Assembly (NCBI GenBank): GCA_039818205.1
Contig: JBCBUK010000015.1
Location: forward strand, 38,980-102,979
Direction: 5' to 3'
Length of the DNA stretch: 64,000 nt
Source: Verrucomicrobiota bacterium
GTDB lineage: Bacteria; Verrucomicrobiota; Verrucomicrobiia; Opitutales; Cerasicoccaceae
The position numbers and the translations under genes were made by a program. The notes beneath the pieces are model-generated. The model did no database searches. It had not been told where the DNA came from and saw only the letters and a program-made list of their open reading frames with translations. Below, piece after piece: positions 38,031-48,905 of this stretch; the first letter of the stretch is position 1; every line of letters begins with the position of its first letter.

Positions 38031-41000
38031 ATGACAAAAAGCCACTATTCAGTCATCACGATATTGTTGCCGCTTTGCGCCGTTGGCCAAACTGCGATCT
38101 GGCAAGGCGGCGGCGGCGGTGGCGGTGGCGATAACTGGACGAATAATGGCAATTGGATTGGGACCAATCCGAACGCGGCGGGCGCTATTGCGCAGTTTCC
38201 CGGGACCGCAGGCCGTTTTGATGTCGAATTGAACTCGAACCGAACCGTTGGGCAGATGCAGGTCGATTCGGCGACGAGTTATCTTTTTGATGGCGGGAAT
38301 ACGCTTACATTTGACAATAGCGGGACTGACGCAGTTTTCAGCGTGACCGGTGGTGGATCCCACACGTTTTCCATGCTGTCCAGCCTTGCGGACACGATCA
38401 ATTTCGACATCGATACCGGTTCTACGCTCACGGTAACGAATAACCTGACGGGAACGGGTGGCGTTCAGAAATCGGGCGGAGGGACCTTGATCATTCCCAG
38501 CTCGGCTCCTGCGAATAGCACCTTTTCCGGTGACAATTTGATCTCAGAAGGCAGATTGTCCATCGGGACGAGTGCGACACCAGTAACCGATGGAATCGTG
38601 TTTGGTGCAACCTCGTCGGGTGAGAATAGTCTTGGGGTTGGTGACACCGTAGTTGAGAGCGGCGCGGAGTTTTTTGTCTACTCGGATGCGAGCAGCGATG
38701 CGGTTGAATTTCGCAATAACAACACCATTGAAGATGGCGGCCGCATGCGCATCGAAACCAGTGGGGGCTCGGATAACGAGATTCAGTTTTACGACGAGTT
38801 TGATGTGGGCCGAAACATCGGCAGCGATGCCGAGTTGTTTGCGTGGACGGGTTCGCCGCTTACCAGCGATGCCGACATCCTGTTCGCAGCCAATTCGACA
38901 TTCGAATCCCTGGGTGACATCTGTATCATCGCAAGTGACGATATCGAGTTTCGGGGCAATGTAGAGATCAATGGGGGCAATCTGCTTTTTGTTGCCTTCG
39001 ATGATTTTGAGACGAGCCAAGGTGTGACTCCCGGCGATGCGCGTTTGAGTGTAACTGGCGGGGCCCAGATCACGGTCCTCACGTCATACCAGTATACTGG
39101 AGTTGCCGGTACGAGCGGTTTTGTTACTACGGGCGGTTCTGGGTCACAGTTTGAACTGCGTGACAACGACGTCATTCGGGTGGAGGATACTGGGTCGCGA
39201 TTTGACATCTACGCAAACGACGATGTCATCATCCAGGGCGACATTATCTGGGATGGAGGCAACGAGTTTCGCGTTTTGCGTTCGGGCGGTATCGGAACTT
39301 TTCTCGATGCGTCAGCAACGCTCGATGGCGGTTCGGGTAGCGAACAAGGAACCTTCCTGATTTCGGGTGATTTGATCGTCGAGAATACATCGACGCTCAT
39401 CAACAACCCGAACATCACGATTACGACCCTCCGCTACGATCAATCGGTCACCATCATGGGTGACGATTGCCCAGAGTTTACGCCATTTGTCGAAACTACC
39501 TCTACGAGCTCGACGGTTTCGGGCGCGAGCGGCGGCGGAACTGATAATTTAACCGGCATTGGCACGTTTGCCAAGCAAGGTGCTGGAACGACCAACCTTA
39601 CACTCGACAGCGTCGGCGCTCAGGTGATTGCCGTGGAGGAGGGAACACTGACGACCGATAAAGATAACCTGATCGTTGCGGGTGCTGATTTGGAGATCGG
39701 GACAAGCTCGACTTCGGGAACCTTGGATATTTCGGACGACGACCATTCTTTCAACAACATCGAAATCACTCAGGGCAATATCTATACCGATACCGGAACC
39801 CTGACGATTACTGGCGATACCGTTACGAAGGAAGCAAATGGTACTGCCGGTGTCATCGCTACTGATGCCGGACAGAGTGGCTTGGCTTCCGTGGTGCTAA
39901 CCAATAGCGAGGTAACCTTTGATATTGGTGATGACGGTACGGCCGCCTCGGACCTGACCATTGCTGGCAATGTCACGGGAACTTCCAATGTCACTAAGAC
40001 GGGGGACGGCACGTTGACCATCACTGGGACAAGCGCGCACTCGGGCAGCACAACCATCAACGGTGGAACACTCGATGTTCAGGAGCTGGATGACAATGCT
40101 GCTGTCATCATTAACAACTCTGGTTCTGAGTTGGTCATCAATGACAACGAAACGATCGGGTCACTTGCTGGCAATGGTGGAACCGTAACGATGGGCTCCA
40201 ATGATCTCACTGCTGGCGGCAACGGCGACAATACCACGTTTGCCGGTGACCTTTCAGGAAGCGGCACGTTTACCAAGACTGGGTCTGGTGAGATGACGCT
40301 AAGCGGCAGTAGCTCATTGACTGGCGATGTGGTTGTATCTGGAGGGAGTCTATTGGTGGACAATAACAGCGGTTCGGCCTTGGGCTCAATCAATGACATC
40401 CAGGTCAACACTGGTGCGGAAGTCCTCGTTCTACAGAGCGATCAGTTTAATACCAACGCTAGCTTAACGCTAAACGGTGGGAGTTTTGCCTTTGACCAGA
40501 GCAGCGGGACAACTTCCTTCAACGAGGAGTTCGCGAATCTGTTTGTGACCGACGACTCGACGATCGCTTACGCGGGAGATTCTGCTATTCTCACATTTAA
40601 CGGGGGTAATTTTGGATCAGGCGACATGCTCGATATCGACACCTGGGATGGGTCGATTACGGGTGGCGGCGCTCACCAGTTCATTATTGATACTTCCTTG
40701 GTCGCCGACCCTGATTTGGATATTAATTTTACCGGTTACGCCGCGGGTTTTGAGACCATTGCTCTCGGTGGTGGCCTGTTTGAGATCGTGCCAACATTTG
40801 ATGATAGCAAAGTCTTTACCTGGACTGGCGGTACCGACAACGCATGGGACGACAACGGCAACTGGACTTCGACGCCGGAGAACGACTTCCCTCAAGAGGC
40901 GGGCGATTACGCAATCTTCAATAATACCGGTTCGGGCGAGACATCAGTTGAGCTAACCGGTGACCGCACGATTGGCTATCTCGAGTTTGCCGAGAGCACC

Positions 41001-43409
41001 AGCTACACCTTGAACGACGATGGTTCGACGCGCTCAATAAACTTTGACACCGACGATGGTCTTGCGGCTCGAATGACGCTTTCCGGCTCGGGCACGCAAA
41101 CGATCAACGTCGATCTGGAGAATGACGACGGCGACGGGCTGATCATTGCGCAGAATTCCACCGGAGGCTTGATTCTCGACGGTGACCTGAACTCGAATGG
41201 AAACGATGTCATCGTTCGTGGCGCGGAAGACACAACGCTCAACGGTGCGCTCACTGGAAGTGGCGGACTGACGAAGTCGGGTTCCGGGACCTTGACGATC
41301 GAGTCGACTACAAACAATAGCTTTTCCGGAGATGTCGCGGTTGACTCCGGGGACCTGATCATTGCGGGTTCGGACTCATTGGGAACCGGCTCAAACGCAA
41401 TCACTGTTGGTAGTGCTTCCGCCAATGCTGATGCACGCCTGCTCTCGAAAAATAGCGGCGTCGATCTGGATCAAGACATCGATATTATCGCATCACCTCA
41501 GGCAACCGTGCTCGGTGGAACGCATTCCAGTGGCACCTCAACGTTTAGCGGCGATATCGACCTGGGGCAAAATGCCACCTTAACCGCGGCGACTGGCGGA
41601 ACGGTTGAGTTCACCGGTGAGATTACGGGCTCCAACGGTTTGGATAAAATTGGGGGCGGACGGGTTATCTTGGATGATGGTTCCAATACGAACTCATTCA
41701 GTGGTGCCTCGACCATCCAGGAAGGGACTTTGCAGGCCAATACCGCGACATCACTCGGAAGTCTCGGTTCCAATGCCTGGACCATGAGTGAAGGCACCGA
41801 TCTGGAGTTGAACTACTCGACGGGCACAGGGCTGAACAGTGGCAACGTGATTGTCAATGGAGGGGCAGCGGGCTCGACCATTGAGCGGACTGCAACGGGT
41901 GGCACCGATACCAACCTTCTTTCGACCGGCGGAACTCTGACCGCCAATGGCATCACCAATTTGGTAAACACCGGGTCTGGCGGCGGTGCGCTAAATATCG
42001 GCGGCACGACGAACGTAACCTCGGGTGCGACGCTGAATTTGGTAACCTCGAGCGCGAACAGTTCCGAGATCAGTTTCAATGGTTCGGGTGAGTCGATCTC
42101 GATCGCCGCAGGCGGTCTGGTGCAAACCAGCGGTGGTGGACGAATCGATTTCGGCGGGAGTAACGCCATCACCATTGAGGGGCAGGGAACGGCGGCGGAC
42201 CTTGAATCACGTTTGGTGCTCGATGATCTCACTGATTTTTCGAATGGAAACAATTCAACGATACTGGAGGTTAATGGTGCAGACTGCTTCGGCCTCGAGA
42301 TCGAGGGCTCGGCCTCGCAGTTAACGTCGATGCTTGATTTGGGCACGGCAAACTCACGACTGGACACGCTGACCGGTTCCGGAGGTACGCTGACTTTGCG
42401 CACGACCACGAATGGTTTAACGATCGAAGATGGCCCCACCTCGAGCAGCAATGTTAGCCTTGGTATTGGTTCGAACTCATCATCGCCGTCCACGATTACG
42501 GTCACCTTGGACAATACTGGCAGCACGCTTGACAACTATGCGGGCGTCGTTGTCCGAGAAAACAGTGCGAATACCGAAAGCAATCCTCAGTCAACGGGCG
42601 ATCTGACCGCGCTCACACGAGTCGAGCTCGTCGGTGGCGATTTGGACCTTACCGGACAGGCTGACTCGCAGGTATATGTTAAGGAGGGAATTCTTGACCT
42701 TAACAGTAACGACATCGACATCGCAGGAACTGCAACCATCGAAAAGGGCGACCTGGTGGGAGATGCGTCTAGCACCCTGACGGCGGATACCATTCGCTTC
42801 AACGCTCCGAATTCCTTTACCTCGACCGTAGGTATCACCTTGGACACATCTGCTGGGACCGAGATTCTGCTGGATGGCGGCACGGTCATGTTTGACGGCG
42901 GCTCGATTGCCAATGGCTCCAATGTTGATATGTCAGGCGGCCTTCTGGACTTGGGCACATTCGCGCAAACCGGCGACGGCGTAACGCTGGGAACTTTGAC
43001 GCTATCTGAGGTTTCGCGACTGAATTTTGGCGAGAACGATCACTCGCTCACCTTTGCCAATAGCCGCGATATACTCTGGGTCGGCGGCGCCGGTGATTTC
43101 TTGTATATTGAGGAGTGGGCCGGAGATGTATCCGGTGGTGGCAATGATCAGTTGCTTTTCCAAAACGCACCGATGAGCCAATTTGGCGTAAATGATATCC
43201 AATTGGCCCAGATTCGATTTATCAATCCTGCTGGCTTCGATCCTGGCGTCTATGATTCGCGGATATTGACTTCCGGTGAGATTGTCCCGGGTTCGTTTGT
43301 TGCACCAGTGCCCGAACCATCAACCTACTTAATGGGTGGGGTTCTCGCGACCTGTATTGGTATCCACTACTATCGCCGTCGCCGCAAGCGGGCCGCAGCG
43401 GCTGGTTGA
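38031..43409 (+). CDS. Large PEP-CTERM protein with autotransporter-associated beta-strand repeats, built from two tandem modules
   Basis: Signal peptide; repeated (V/L)xKxGxGTL units; C-terminal VPEPSTY, TM helix and RRRRKR. Confidence 0.92.
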   Translation: MTKSHYSVITILLPLCAVGQTAIWQGGGGGGGGDNWTNNGNWIGTNPNAAGAIAQFPGTAGRFDVELNSNRTVGQMQVDSATSYLFDGGNTLTFDNSGTDAVFSVTGGGSHTFSMLSSLADTINFDIDTGSTLTVTNNLTGTGGVQKSGGGTLIIPSSAPANSTFSGDNLISEGRLSIGTSATPVTDGIVFGATSSGENSLGVGDTVVESGAEFFVYSDASSDAVEFRNNNTIEDGGRMRIETSGGSDNEIQFYDEFDVGRNIGSDAELFAWTGSPLTSDADILFAANSTFESLGDICIIASDDIEFRGNVEINGGNLLFVAFDDFETSQGVTPGDARLSVTGGAQITVLTSYQYTGVAGTSGFVTTGGSGSQFELRDNDVIRVEDTGSRFDIYANDDVIIQGDIIWDGGNEFRVLRSGGIGTFLDASATLDGGSGSEQGTFLISGDLIVENTSTLINNPNITITTLRYDQSVTIMGDDCPEFTPFVETTSTSSTVSGASGGGTDNLTGIGTFAKQGAGTTNLTLDSVGAQVIAVEEGTLTTDKDNLIVAGADLEIGTSSTSGTLDISDDDHSFNNIEITQGNIYTDTGTLTITGDTVTKEANGTAGVIATDAGQSGLASVVLTNSEVTFDIGDDGTAASDLTIAGNVTGTSNVTKTGDGTLTITGTSAHSGSTTINGGTLDVQELDDNAAVIINNSGSELVINDNETIGSLAGNGGTVTMGSNDLTAGGNGDNTTFAGDLSGSGTFTKTGSGEMTLSGSSSLTGDVVVSGGSLLVDNNSGSALGSINDIQVNTGAEVLVLQSDQFNTNASLTLNGGSFAFDQSSGTTSFNEEFANLFVTDDSTIAYAGDSAILTFNGGNFGSGDMLDIDTWDGSITGGGAHQFIIDTSLVADPDLDINFTGYAAGFETIALGGGLFEIVPTFDDSKVFTWTGGTDNAWDDNGNWTSTPENDFPQEAGDYAIFNNTGSGETSVELTGDRTIGYLEFAESTSYTLNDDGSTRSINFDTDDGLAARMTLSGSGTQTINVDLENDDGDGLIIAQNSTGGLILDGDLNSNGNDVIVRGAEDTTLNGALTGSGGLTKSGSGTLTIESTTNNSFSGDVAVDSGDLIIAGSDSLGTGSNAITVGSASANADARLLSKNSGVDLDQDIDIIASPQATVLGGTHSSGTSTFSGDIDLGQNATLTAATGGTVEFTGEITGSNGLDKIGGGRVILDDGSNTNSFSGASTIQEGTLQANTATSLGSLGSNAWTMSEGTDLELNYSTGTGLNSGNVIVNGGAAGSTIERTATGGTDTNLLSTGGTLTANGITNLVNTGSGGGALNIGGTTNVTSGATLNLVTSSANSSEISFNGSGESISIAAGGLVQTSGGGRIDFGGSNAITIEGQGTAADLESRLVLDDLTDFSNGNNSTILEVNGADCFGLEIEGSASQLTSMLDLGTANSRLDTLTGSGGTLTLRTTTNGLTIEDGPTSSSNVSLGIGSNSSSPSTITVTLDNTGSTLDNYAGVVVRENSANTESNPQSTGDLTALTRVELVGGDLDLTGQADSQVYVKEGILDLNSNDIDIAGTATIEKGDLVGDASSTLTADTIRFNAPNSFTSTVGITLDTSAGTEILLDGGTVMFDGGSIANGSNVDMSGGLLDLGTFAQTGDGVTLGTLTLSEVSRLNFGENDHSLTFANSRDILWVGGAGDFLYIEEWAGDVSGGGNDQLLFQNAPMSQFGVNDIQLAQIRFINPAGFDPGVYDSRILTSGEIVPGSFVAPVPEPSTYLMGGVLATCIGIHYYRRRRKRAAAAG

Positions 43410-43461
43410 TTGTTTCTATGACCTTGGTTGAGGTCGAATGCTGCACGTTCGGTTGCGGAAT

Positions 43462-45897
43462 CTACTCTGCCACGAGTTTTGAGTAGCCAACGATTATGTC
43501 GTCACTCTTTGTCTTTCCGATTAGTTTGCCGACAAAGTTTGAGTTGGTGATTTCATTCCCAGTTCCATCAAAGACGAGGATCAAGCCGTCTTCATGCTTC
43601 TCGGTTGACTGAATCTTTGCACCGCGGCCGAAGTTTACCGCCTCGGCGCCGCCGAATCGCAGCGATTCGAGGTCGAGCGCCTTTTCGGGATCAAAGCCAG
43701 TTTCGGCGTAGATCAATAGCTTGATCTCACTTGTGATTTCACCGACTGGCTCAGTGTTCAGCATGTCGATGCGTTTGTAAACGTTGAGCGGAAGGATCAA
43801 ATGCTTTGAGCTATGGTCATCGTTGCCGTAGTCCTCACGTTTGGGCGCGTCGACGGCCGCGAGTGATAGATGCGTTGCCCGCCCATACTCATCCTGGAGC
43901 ACGTTAGGGCGTTCGAGCTTGTACCAATGTGTCCGAGTGCCATCATTGTAGGTGGTTGACAATGGGGTGTAGGCAAAGCCCGTTTCGTATTTCCAATTGA
44001 CCCCGTCGGGAGACCGCAGATAGATCGCACGGTATTCGAGGAATGCGTTGATGAGCATGTGGTATTGAACGCCGTCATACCAAATCGTTGGGTCCTCGTA
44101 GTTTGAATTTGAATAGGGGCGAGGGATCGTTGGGTTGTGGTTTACGGCTCGATTCAGCACTTCGTAGGGGCCGAGTATTCCTTGACTACTTTCCATCATA
44201 GCGCCCGCTTTGGTAACGAAGAGAAAGCTTCCATCTTCGCGATGGATTCCTGACAGGTTGTTGCGGTATCGGTACTCGCGGGCTCGGTCAACGATTGGAT
44301 TGTCGAGGTTGATCTTGATCTCACCTTCCAGCTCCCAGGGGCCCGACATGGTGTCGGCGGTGAAGACTATCGGTTTCCAGTTTATTAGCGAATAGAGTGC
44401 GTATCGTCTGTCATTGAGCGTGATGATGTTCGCATTGTGTCCCAGGCCTTCTTTGTAGTCGTAGGCGATATCTTCGACGATTTCGTAGGGCCCCGTTGGA
44501 TTGTCCGAAATGGCATGAGCGACGGTCGAATATGGCCAGGCCCAATGCCCCTTGCGGTCTCCTTCGGGCCAACGAACGATGAGGATATGGTATTTGCCGT
44601 CGCTGGAGTCGTGCACAACTTTACCGCCCCAATAGGACCACTCGCCATCTTCGACACCGTTGTCTGGGTCGCGCGGCAAGACTGTTTCTACTCCCCAAAG
44701 ATCCGAACGCAGTTCTTTGTGGATCGGCATGGGCAAAATCAAATCGCTGAATGAAGCGCCTGGCACGGTCTCTACTGTTGCAGTTGCGAGCTCGGAAAGT
44801 TCGCTTTTGTTGCCACTGAAATCAATTGCTTGGACTCGGTAGCTGTTGCTCTCACCTTTGCGCGGCAGGTCGTCCTGGAACTTTGTTGCGGTAACCTTTT
44901 GAGCAATCCGTTCCATGTTATTGCCGTCGGCATCTCCGCGGAAAATCGAGTAATAGGCAGTGTCTTGGTCTAATTTTTTCCACTCCAGTTTGATGACGAA
45001 GTCTTCTCCGCTCGCGACAAGGTTTGGGGGAGCTTTTGGCGGAATGTTATCAACCTTGCGGGCCACCACTGTTGGTGACGCGGTCGATGGGGTGAGGTGG
45101 GTTCGCTTGACCGTATAGTACTTGGTTTGGCCATTGATGATACTGCGATCGGTGTAGCTTCCTCCCGCGATGTCTCCGGCAATCTTTTCGAATCCACCGC
45201 GTCCCTTACTGCTTCGGTAGATCGAGAAGCGCTCATCATCCGATTGTGCGCTCCAGCTAAGTTGCATGCCTGCCTTGTTTGGCTCGGCATTGAGTTTTCT
45301 GGGGCCGGCGGTTTCGGGACGAAGAACCTTTAGATCAACATAGTCGAAGTAGACATTGATACCGTGGTCCTCAAAGGCTGAAAGGCGCACGCGCAAGGTG
45401 CCTGCCTCTGCGTCTGTTGGGGTTATGGTATAGGTTCCCTCGAAAATCTTAACCTCAGCTTTGCCCTGAGGAACCGCTTGTTCGTTAACCAACATCCGAG
45501 CACGCTCTCCGAAGAGCAGGGCGAGGCTTACCCGTGGGTTGCAGGGGTATTGAGCTTTCGCTGCGAATCGCCACGATAGGATGTCGCCTGCGACCATCTC
45601 GGGGTAGGCGGAGTTTTCCGTTAATTCGATCGATTCGAAATGCACTTCTTTGGCGCCACCGCCAGACATGTAGCCGGCCGAAAGTCCGGCCTTCCAGCCA
45701 CTGACTACCTCGGTGGTCCAAGCGGGAGATTGAAGATACTGCCGCCACGGCGCATACGGGTTCCAATCGAAGTCACCATCATTGATGCTTTTCTCAGGCG
45801 GGTTGCTGCCGATCAAGACGATGTCGGCTGACAAAGGTTGCGCAAGTGCGATGCCGGCAAGCGCGGCAAAGCTCAACAAGTGCTTGAGGTTGGTCAT
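43462..45897 (-). CDS. Secreted glycoside hydrolase, five-bladed propeller GH43-like superfamily, with Fn3 domains
   Basis: Signal peptide from MTNLKH; Fn3-like YYTVK and YRVQAIDFSGNKS; WSYWGG, VRWPE, HNANI, EDPTIW, KLERP. Confidence 0.75.
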   Translation of the reverse strand: MTNLKHLLSFAALAGIALAQPLSADIVLIGSNPPEKSINDGDFDWNPYAPWRQYLQSPAWTTEVVSGWKAGLSAGYMSGGGAKEVHFESIELTENSAYPEMVAGDILSWRFAAKAQYPCNPRVSLALLFGERARMLVNEQAVPQGKAEVKIFEGTYTITPTDAEAGTLRVRLSAFEDHGINVYFDYVDLKVLRPETAGPRKLNAEPNKAGMQLSWSAQSDDERFSIYRSSKGRGGFEKIAGDIAGGSYTDRSIINGQTKYYTVKRTHLTPSTASPTVVARKVDNIPPKAPPNLVASGEDFVIKLEWKKLDQDTAYYSIFRGDADGNNMERIAQKVTATKFQDDLPRKGESNSYRVQAIDFSGNKSELSELATATVETVPGASFSDLILPMPIHKELRSDLWGVETVLPRDPDNGVEDGEWSYWGGKVVHDSSDGKYHILIVRWPEGDRKGHWAWPYSTVAHAISDNPTGPYEIVEDIAYDYKEGLGHNANIITLNDRRYALYSLINWKPIVFTADTMSGPWELEGEIKINLDNPIVDRAREYRYRNNLSGIHREDGSFLFVTKAGAMMESSQGILGPYEVLNRAVNHNPTIPRPYSNSNYEDPTIWYDGVQYHMLINAFLEYRAIYLRSPDGVNWKYETGFAYTPLSTTYNDGTRTHWYKLERPNVLQDEYGRATHLSLAAVDAPKREDYGNDDHSSKHLILPLNVYKRIDMLNTEPVGEITSEIKLLIYAETGFDPEKALDLESLRFGGAEAVNFGRGAKIQSTEKHEDGLILVFDGTGNEITNSNFVGKLIGKTKSDDIIVGYSKLVAE

Positions 45898-45950
45898 GAA
45901 TCTATTACGTCGGTATGGGTGGAGTTCCAATGCCGTGTAAATAGTTTGTC

Positions 45951-45960
45951 GGGGGGGGGG
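45951..45960. repeat. G10 homopolymer upstream of the GH43-like gene
   Basis: GGGGGGGGGG about 54 bp upstream of the likely start codon. Confidence 0.9.
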
Positions 45961-46067
45961 AATAGCACACCACCAGACCGAAATAAACAAGTATGAAATA
46001 ACACCTTGTTTATCGCATCGCTTCAGGCCTTGGGTTTGCTGGTAGGCCAGAATACCAGCAACTTTGG

Positions 46068-46832
46068 CTAGAATCCGATTGAAGCGCCACCGTCAACGGT
46101 GAGGCATTGGCCAGTGATAAACTTTGCACTGGGCGATGATAAATACACGGCTGCCTGGGCGATGTCTTCGGGGTCACCCATTGAGTTCATGGGTGTTCGG
46201 CCCAATACTTTCGCTTTTCGAGCCGGATCGCCTTCAAAGGCTTTGTCGGTCATCGGGGTGTGAATCCATCCCGGCGCGATGGCATTGACGCGAACGCCGA
46301 ATTGAGACCATTCAGCGGCGAGACCGCGTGTTAGTCCCAGTATCGCGGTTTTTGCGGTGGTATATCCGATGATGTTGGGCACACCCATGAACGAGGCCAT
46401 TGAGGCCATAAATATAATGGATCCTTTGCGGTTCTCGATCATGTCTGGGGCTAGGTCGCGAGCGAGCGCAAAGCCAGCTTTCACATGAGTGTTGAGTAGG
46501 GCGTCAAAGTCATCATCAGTGACCTCGACGGCAGGCTTCTTAACGTTCTGCCCCGCATTGTTTACTAGAATCGAAACCCCACCCAGGGTGCCTTTGGTAT
46601 GTTCCACGATGCGTTTACGGTCGTCGGCATGAGTGACATCGCCAACGGCGTATGTTGCGTTGCCTCCCAGCGTTTCAACGGCGTCCTTTAGGAGCGGTTC
46701 TCTACGGCCGACAATGCAAACCTTGGCGTTGGCATGAACGAGTGCCTGCGCGATAGCGAAGCCAATGCCTGTGCCGCCGCCAGTTACTAGTGCCGTTTCG
46801 CCGTCCAGTTGATGGGGTTGTTGGTCCGTCAT
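46068..46832 (-). CDS. SDR oxidoreductase (gluconate 5-dehydrogenase/KduD-like)
   Basis: TGGGTGIG, NNAG, YTTAK, VNAIAPGWI, GRTPM, VDGG. Confidence 0.9.
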   Translation of the reverse strand: MTDQQPHQLDGETALVTGGGTGIGFAIAQALVHANAKVCIVGRREPLLKDAVETLGGNATYAVGDVTHADDRKRIVEHTKGTLGGVSILVNNAGQNVKKPAVEVTDDDFDALLNTHVKAGFALARDLAPDMIENRKGSIIFMASMASFMGVPNIIGYTTAKTAILGLTRGLAAEWSQFGVRVNAIAPGWIHTPMTDKAFEGDPARKAKVLGRTPMNSMGDPEDIAQAAVYLSSPSAKFITGQCLTVDGGASIGF

Positions 46833-46837
46833 GGTGG

Positions 46838-47788
46838 TTAGCAGGTTTCCCCGAAATTCCAATCGCGGTTGAAGATTGGCTCAAGCATCGTTTGCACTTG
46901 TTCAACTAAGGCTGGATCTGGAGCGACCTGAGAGTTTTCGATGCTCTGTTTTATGCGATCAGAATTTGTACTACTGGTCAACGTTGTGGGTATGTCATCG
47001 TTAGCCACTGCGAACTGGATCGCTAGCTTTTCCAAGGTTGTTCCTTGTTCTTGGCAAAAAGCGACAACTTCTTTAACCACGTCTTTTCCCTCTTCCTCAA
47101 TGGGGAACCAATCGGCAGGCCCGCGTTGAGTAAGCACGCCCATGAGCAAGGGAGAGGAGTTGACCAAGCCGATGCCTTTTGTGCGTGCGATATCGATTAG
47201 CTCTAGAAGCATCGTATCGCTCAGACAGTAGTGGCTGTGGGTCATGGCAACATCAAACTCGACGGTTTGGATCAGCTCTTTCCAAAGATCAATTGGGTAG
47301 GTCGACAGTCCATAGAAACGAATCTTCCCTTCTTGCTTCAGCGTTTCAAGCGCGGCCACACCCTCAGTGATCGCTTGTTCCACATGAGAGCGACTATTGT
47401 ATTCGATGTCATGGAGGTAAAGTAGATCGACATAATCTGTCCCCAATCGCTCAAGGCTGCCTTCCAGCGACCGGCGAATCGCCTCTTCCGAGTAATCGAA
47501 CAAGTGGTTCCCGTAGTCGCCGGGCGTGCAAAACTTTCCCGCCTTGGTTGAGAGATAGTACTCGTCGCGCTTGCGTTCCCGCAAGGCCCTGCCGAGAACC
47601 GATTCGGCCTTGGTCGCGCCATAGGCGGGGGATACATCGATGTAGTTGATGCCTTGGTCGATCGCGGTGTGCACCGCGTGGATCCCTTGGGGTTCGTTGA
47701 CATCGCCAAACACGCCGCCCAGCGCTGATGCTCCATAGCTTAGGCTCGATACTTCGAGCCCAGTGTTGCCTAAGGTTCGATACTTCAC
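46838..47788 (-). CDS. Aldo/keto reductase, L-galactose dehydrogenase-like
   Basis: YRTLGNTGLEVSSLSYGASALG, INYIDVSPAYG, LSTKAG, YLHDIE, HYCL. Confidence 0.85.
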   Translation of the reverse strand: MKYRTLGNTGLEVSSLSYGASALGGVFGDVNEPQGIHAVHTAIDQGINYIDVSPAYGATKAESVLGRALRERKRDEYYLSTKAGKFCTPGDYGNHLFDYSEEAIRRSLEGSLERLGTDYVDLLYLHDIEYNSRSHVEQAITEGVAALETLKQEGKIRFYGLSTYPIDLWKELIQTVEFDVAMTHSHYCLSDTMLLELIDIARTKGIGLVNSSPLLMGVLTQRGPADWFPIEEEGKDVVKEVVAFCQEQGTTLEKLAIQFAVANDDIPTTLTSSTNSDRIKQSIENSQVAPDPALVEQVQTMLEPIFNRDWNFGETC

Positions 47789-47791
47789 GTT

Positions 47792-48904
47792 CTAGATCTT
47801 GTTGATTTTTTGGAGCGCTTCTTGCGTTGGTTCCATCCCGGCGCCAATCGCTTCGGAGTTGATGAAGTAGCCGTCTTGGACGTCGGCTGGGTGTTTCATC
47901 CAATCGCGAAGCCACGGGATATATTCGAGCAGGTTGCAAGCTGGATGGGCGTTGCAAAGGTGCTGATGCACTTGGCACATGTCTCCCACATGTGGCACAA
48001 CCGGGAGGGAATAGCTGTAGGACAAGTCAGCGATCTGCCACCATTCGGTAATACCGGCTAAGCGAACGATGTCGGGCTGGGTATAGTGGACGGCTCCGGC
48101 TTGAATGAAGTCGCGGAACTGTGCAGCCAGGTAGAGTTGTTCGCCCAGTGCAATGGGCGTGCTGATGGAGTCCGCAAGTCGCTTGTGGCCGGTCACGTCG
48201 TCGAACTCAATTGGCTCCTCAATCCAAGTAATGTCGAAGTCGGACAAGTGCGAGCCAACTTGTATGGCCTGCGGTAGATTCCAGCGTCCGTTGGCGTCGG
48301 TCATTATGCGAACATCAGGGCCGAGTGCATTGCGCACGGCTTCGATTCGATGAAGGTCTTCACTGCCTGAGTCACTGCCTACCTTGATCTTTACCGCGCG
48401 AAAACCTTGTTCCTCGACCATGCGTTTGCAGTCGCTGACCAAATCCGCTTTGCTCCAGTTCAGCCAGCCACCATCGGTGTTGTAGGCTTCGACTTTGGTC
48501 TTTGATGAACCGCCAAGGAGTTTCCAGAGAGGGAGGTCAAGGGCTTTGCATTTGAGATCCCATAGCGCTATGTCGATCGCACCCAAGGCGAGATGGGTGA
48601 TCCCGGAACGGCCAACCCAGTAGATCTCGCTTTTCTTGTGCATCGTCTCCCAAAGCGCGCGGACTTCAAGCGGATCTTGGTCGATGAGCAGCGGCCCATA
48701 GGCATCAACGATACAATCAACGATCAGTCGATCCGTCGGAAGATGAGCGTGAGTCCCGGAGAAACCGTAGCCGATGTGTTCAGTATCGGTATGGATTGCG
48801 ACGCCAGGCGCGCCCCAGTGGCTGATTGAGTGGCGACTATCGGCGATGCCGCCGCGGGTAACGGGAGCATGAAGGATGATGGGTTCCAGTTTGGTAATGC
48901 GCAT
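47792..48904 (-). CDS. Mandelate racemase subgroup enolase (sugar-acid dehydratase/cycloisomerase)
   Basis: IDIALWD, KIKVG, DAN, WIEEP, GEQL, QPD, VVPH. Confidence 0.9.
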   Translation of the reverse strand: MRITKLEPIILHAPVTRGGIADSRHSISHWGAPGVAIHTDTEHIGYGFSGTHAHLPTDRLIVDCIVDAYGPLLIDQDPLEVRALWETMHKKSEIYWVGRSGITHLALGAIDIALWDLKCKALDLPLWKLLGGSSKTKVEAYNTDGGWLNWSKADLVSDCKRMVEEQGFRAVKIKVGSDSGSEDLHRIEAVRNALGPDVRIMTDANGRWNLPQAIQVGSHLSDFDITWIEEPIEFDDVTGHKRLADSISTPIALGEQLYLAAQFRDFIQAGAVHYTQPDIVRLAGITEWWQIADLSYSYSLPVVPHVGDMCQVHQHLCNAHPACNLLEYIPWLRDWMKHPADVQDGYFINSEAIGAGMEPTQEALQKINKI

Positions 48905-48905
48905 G

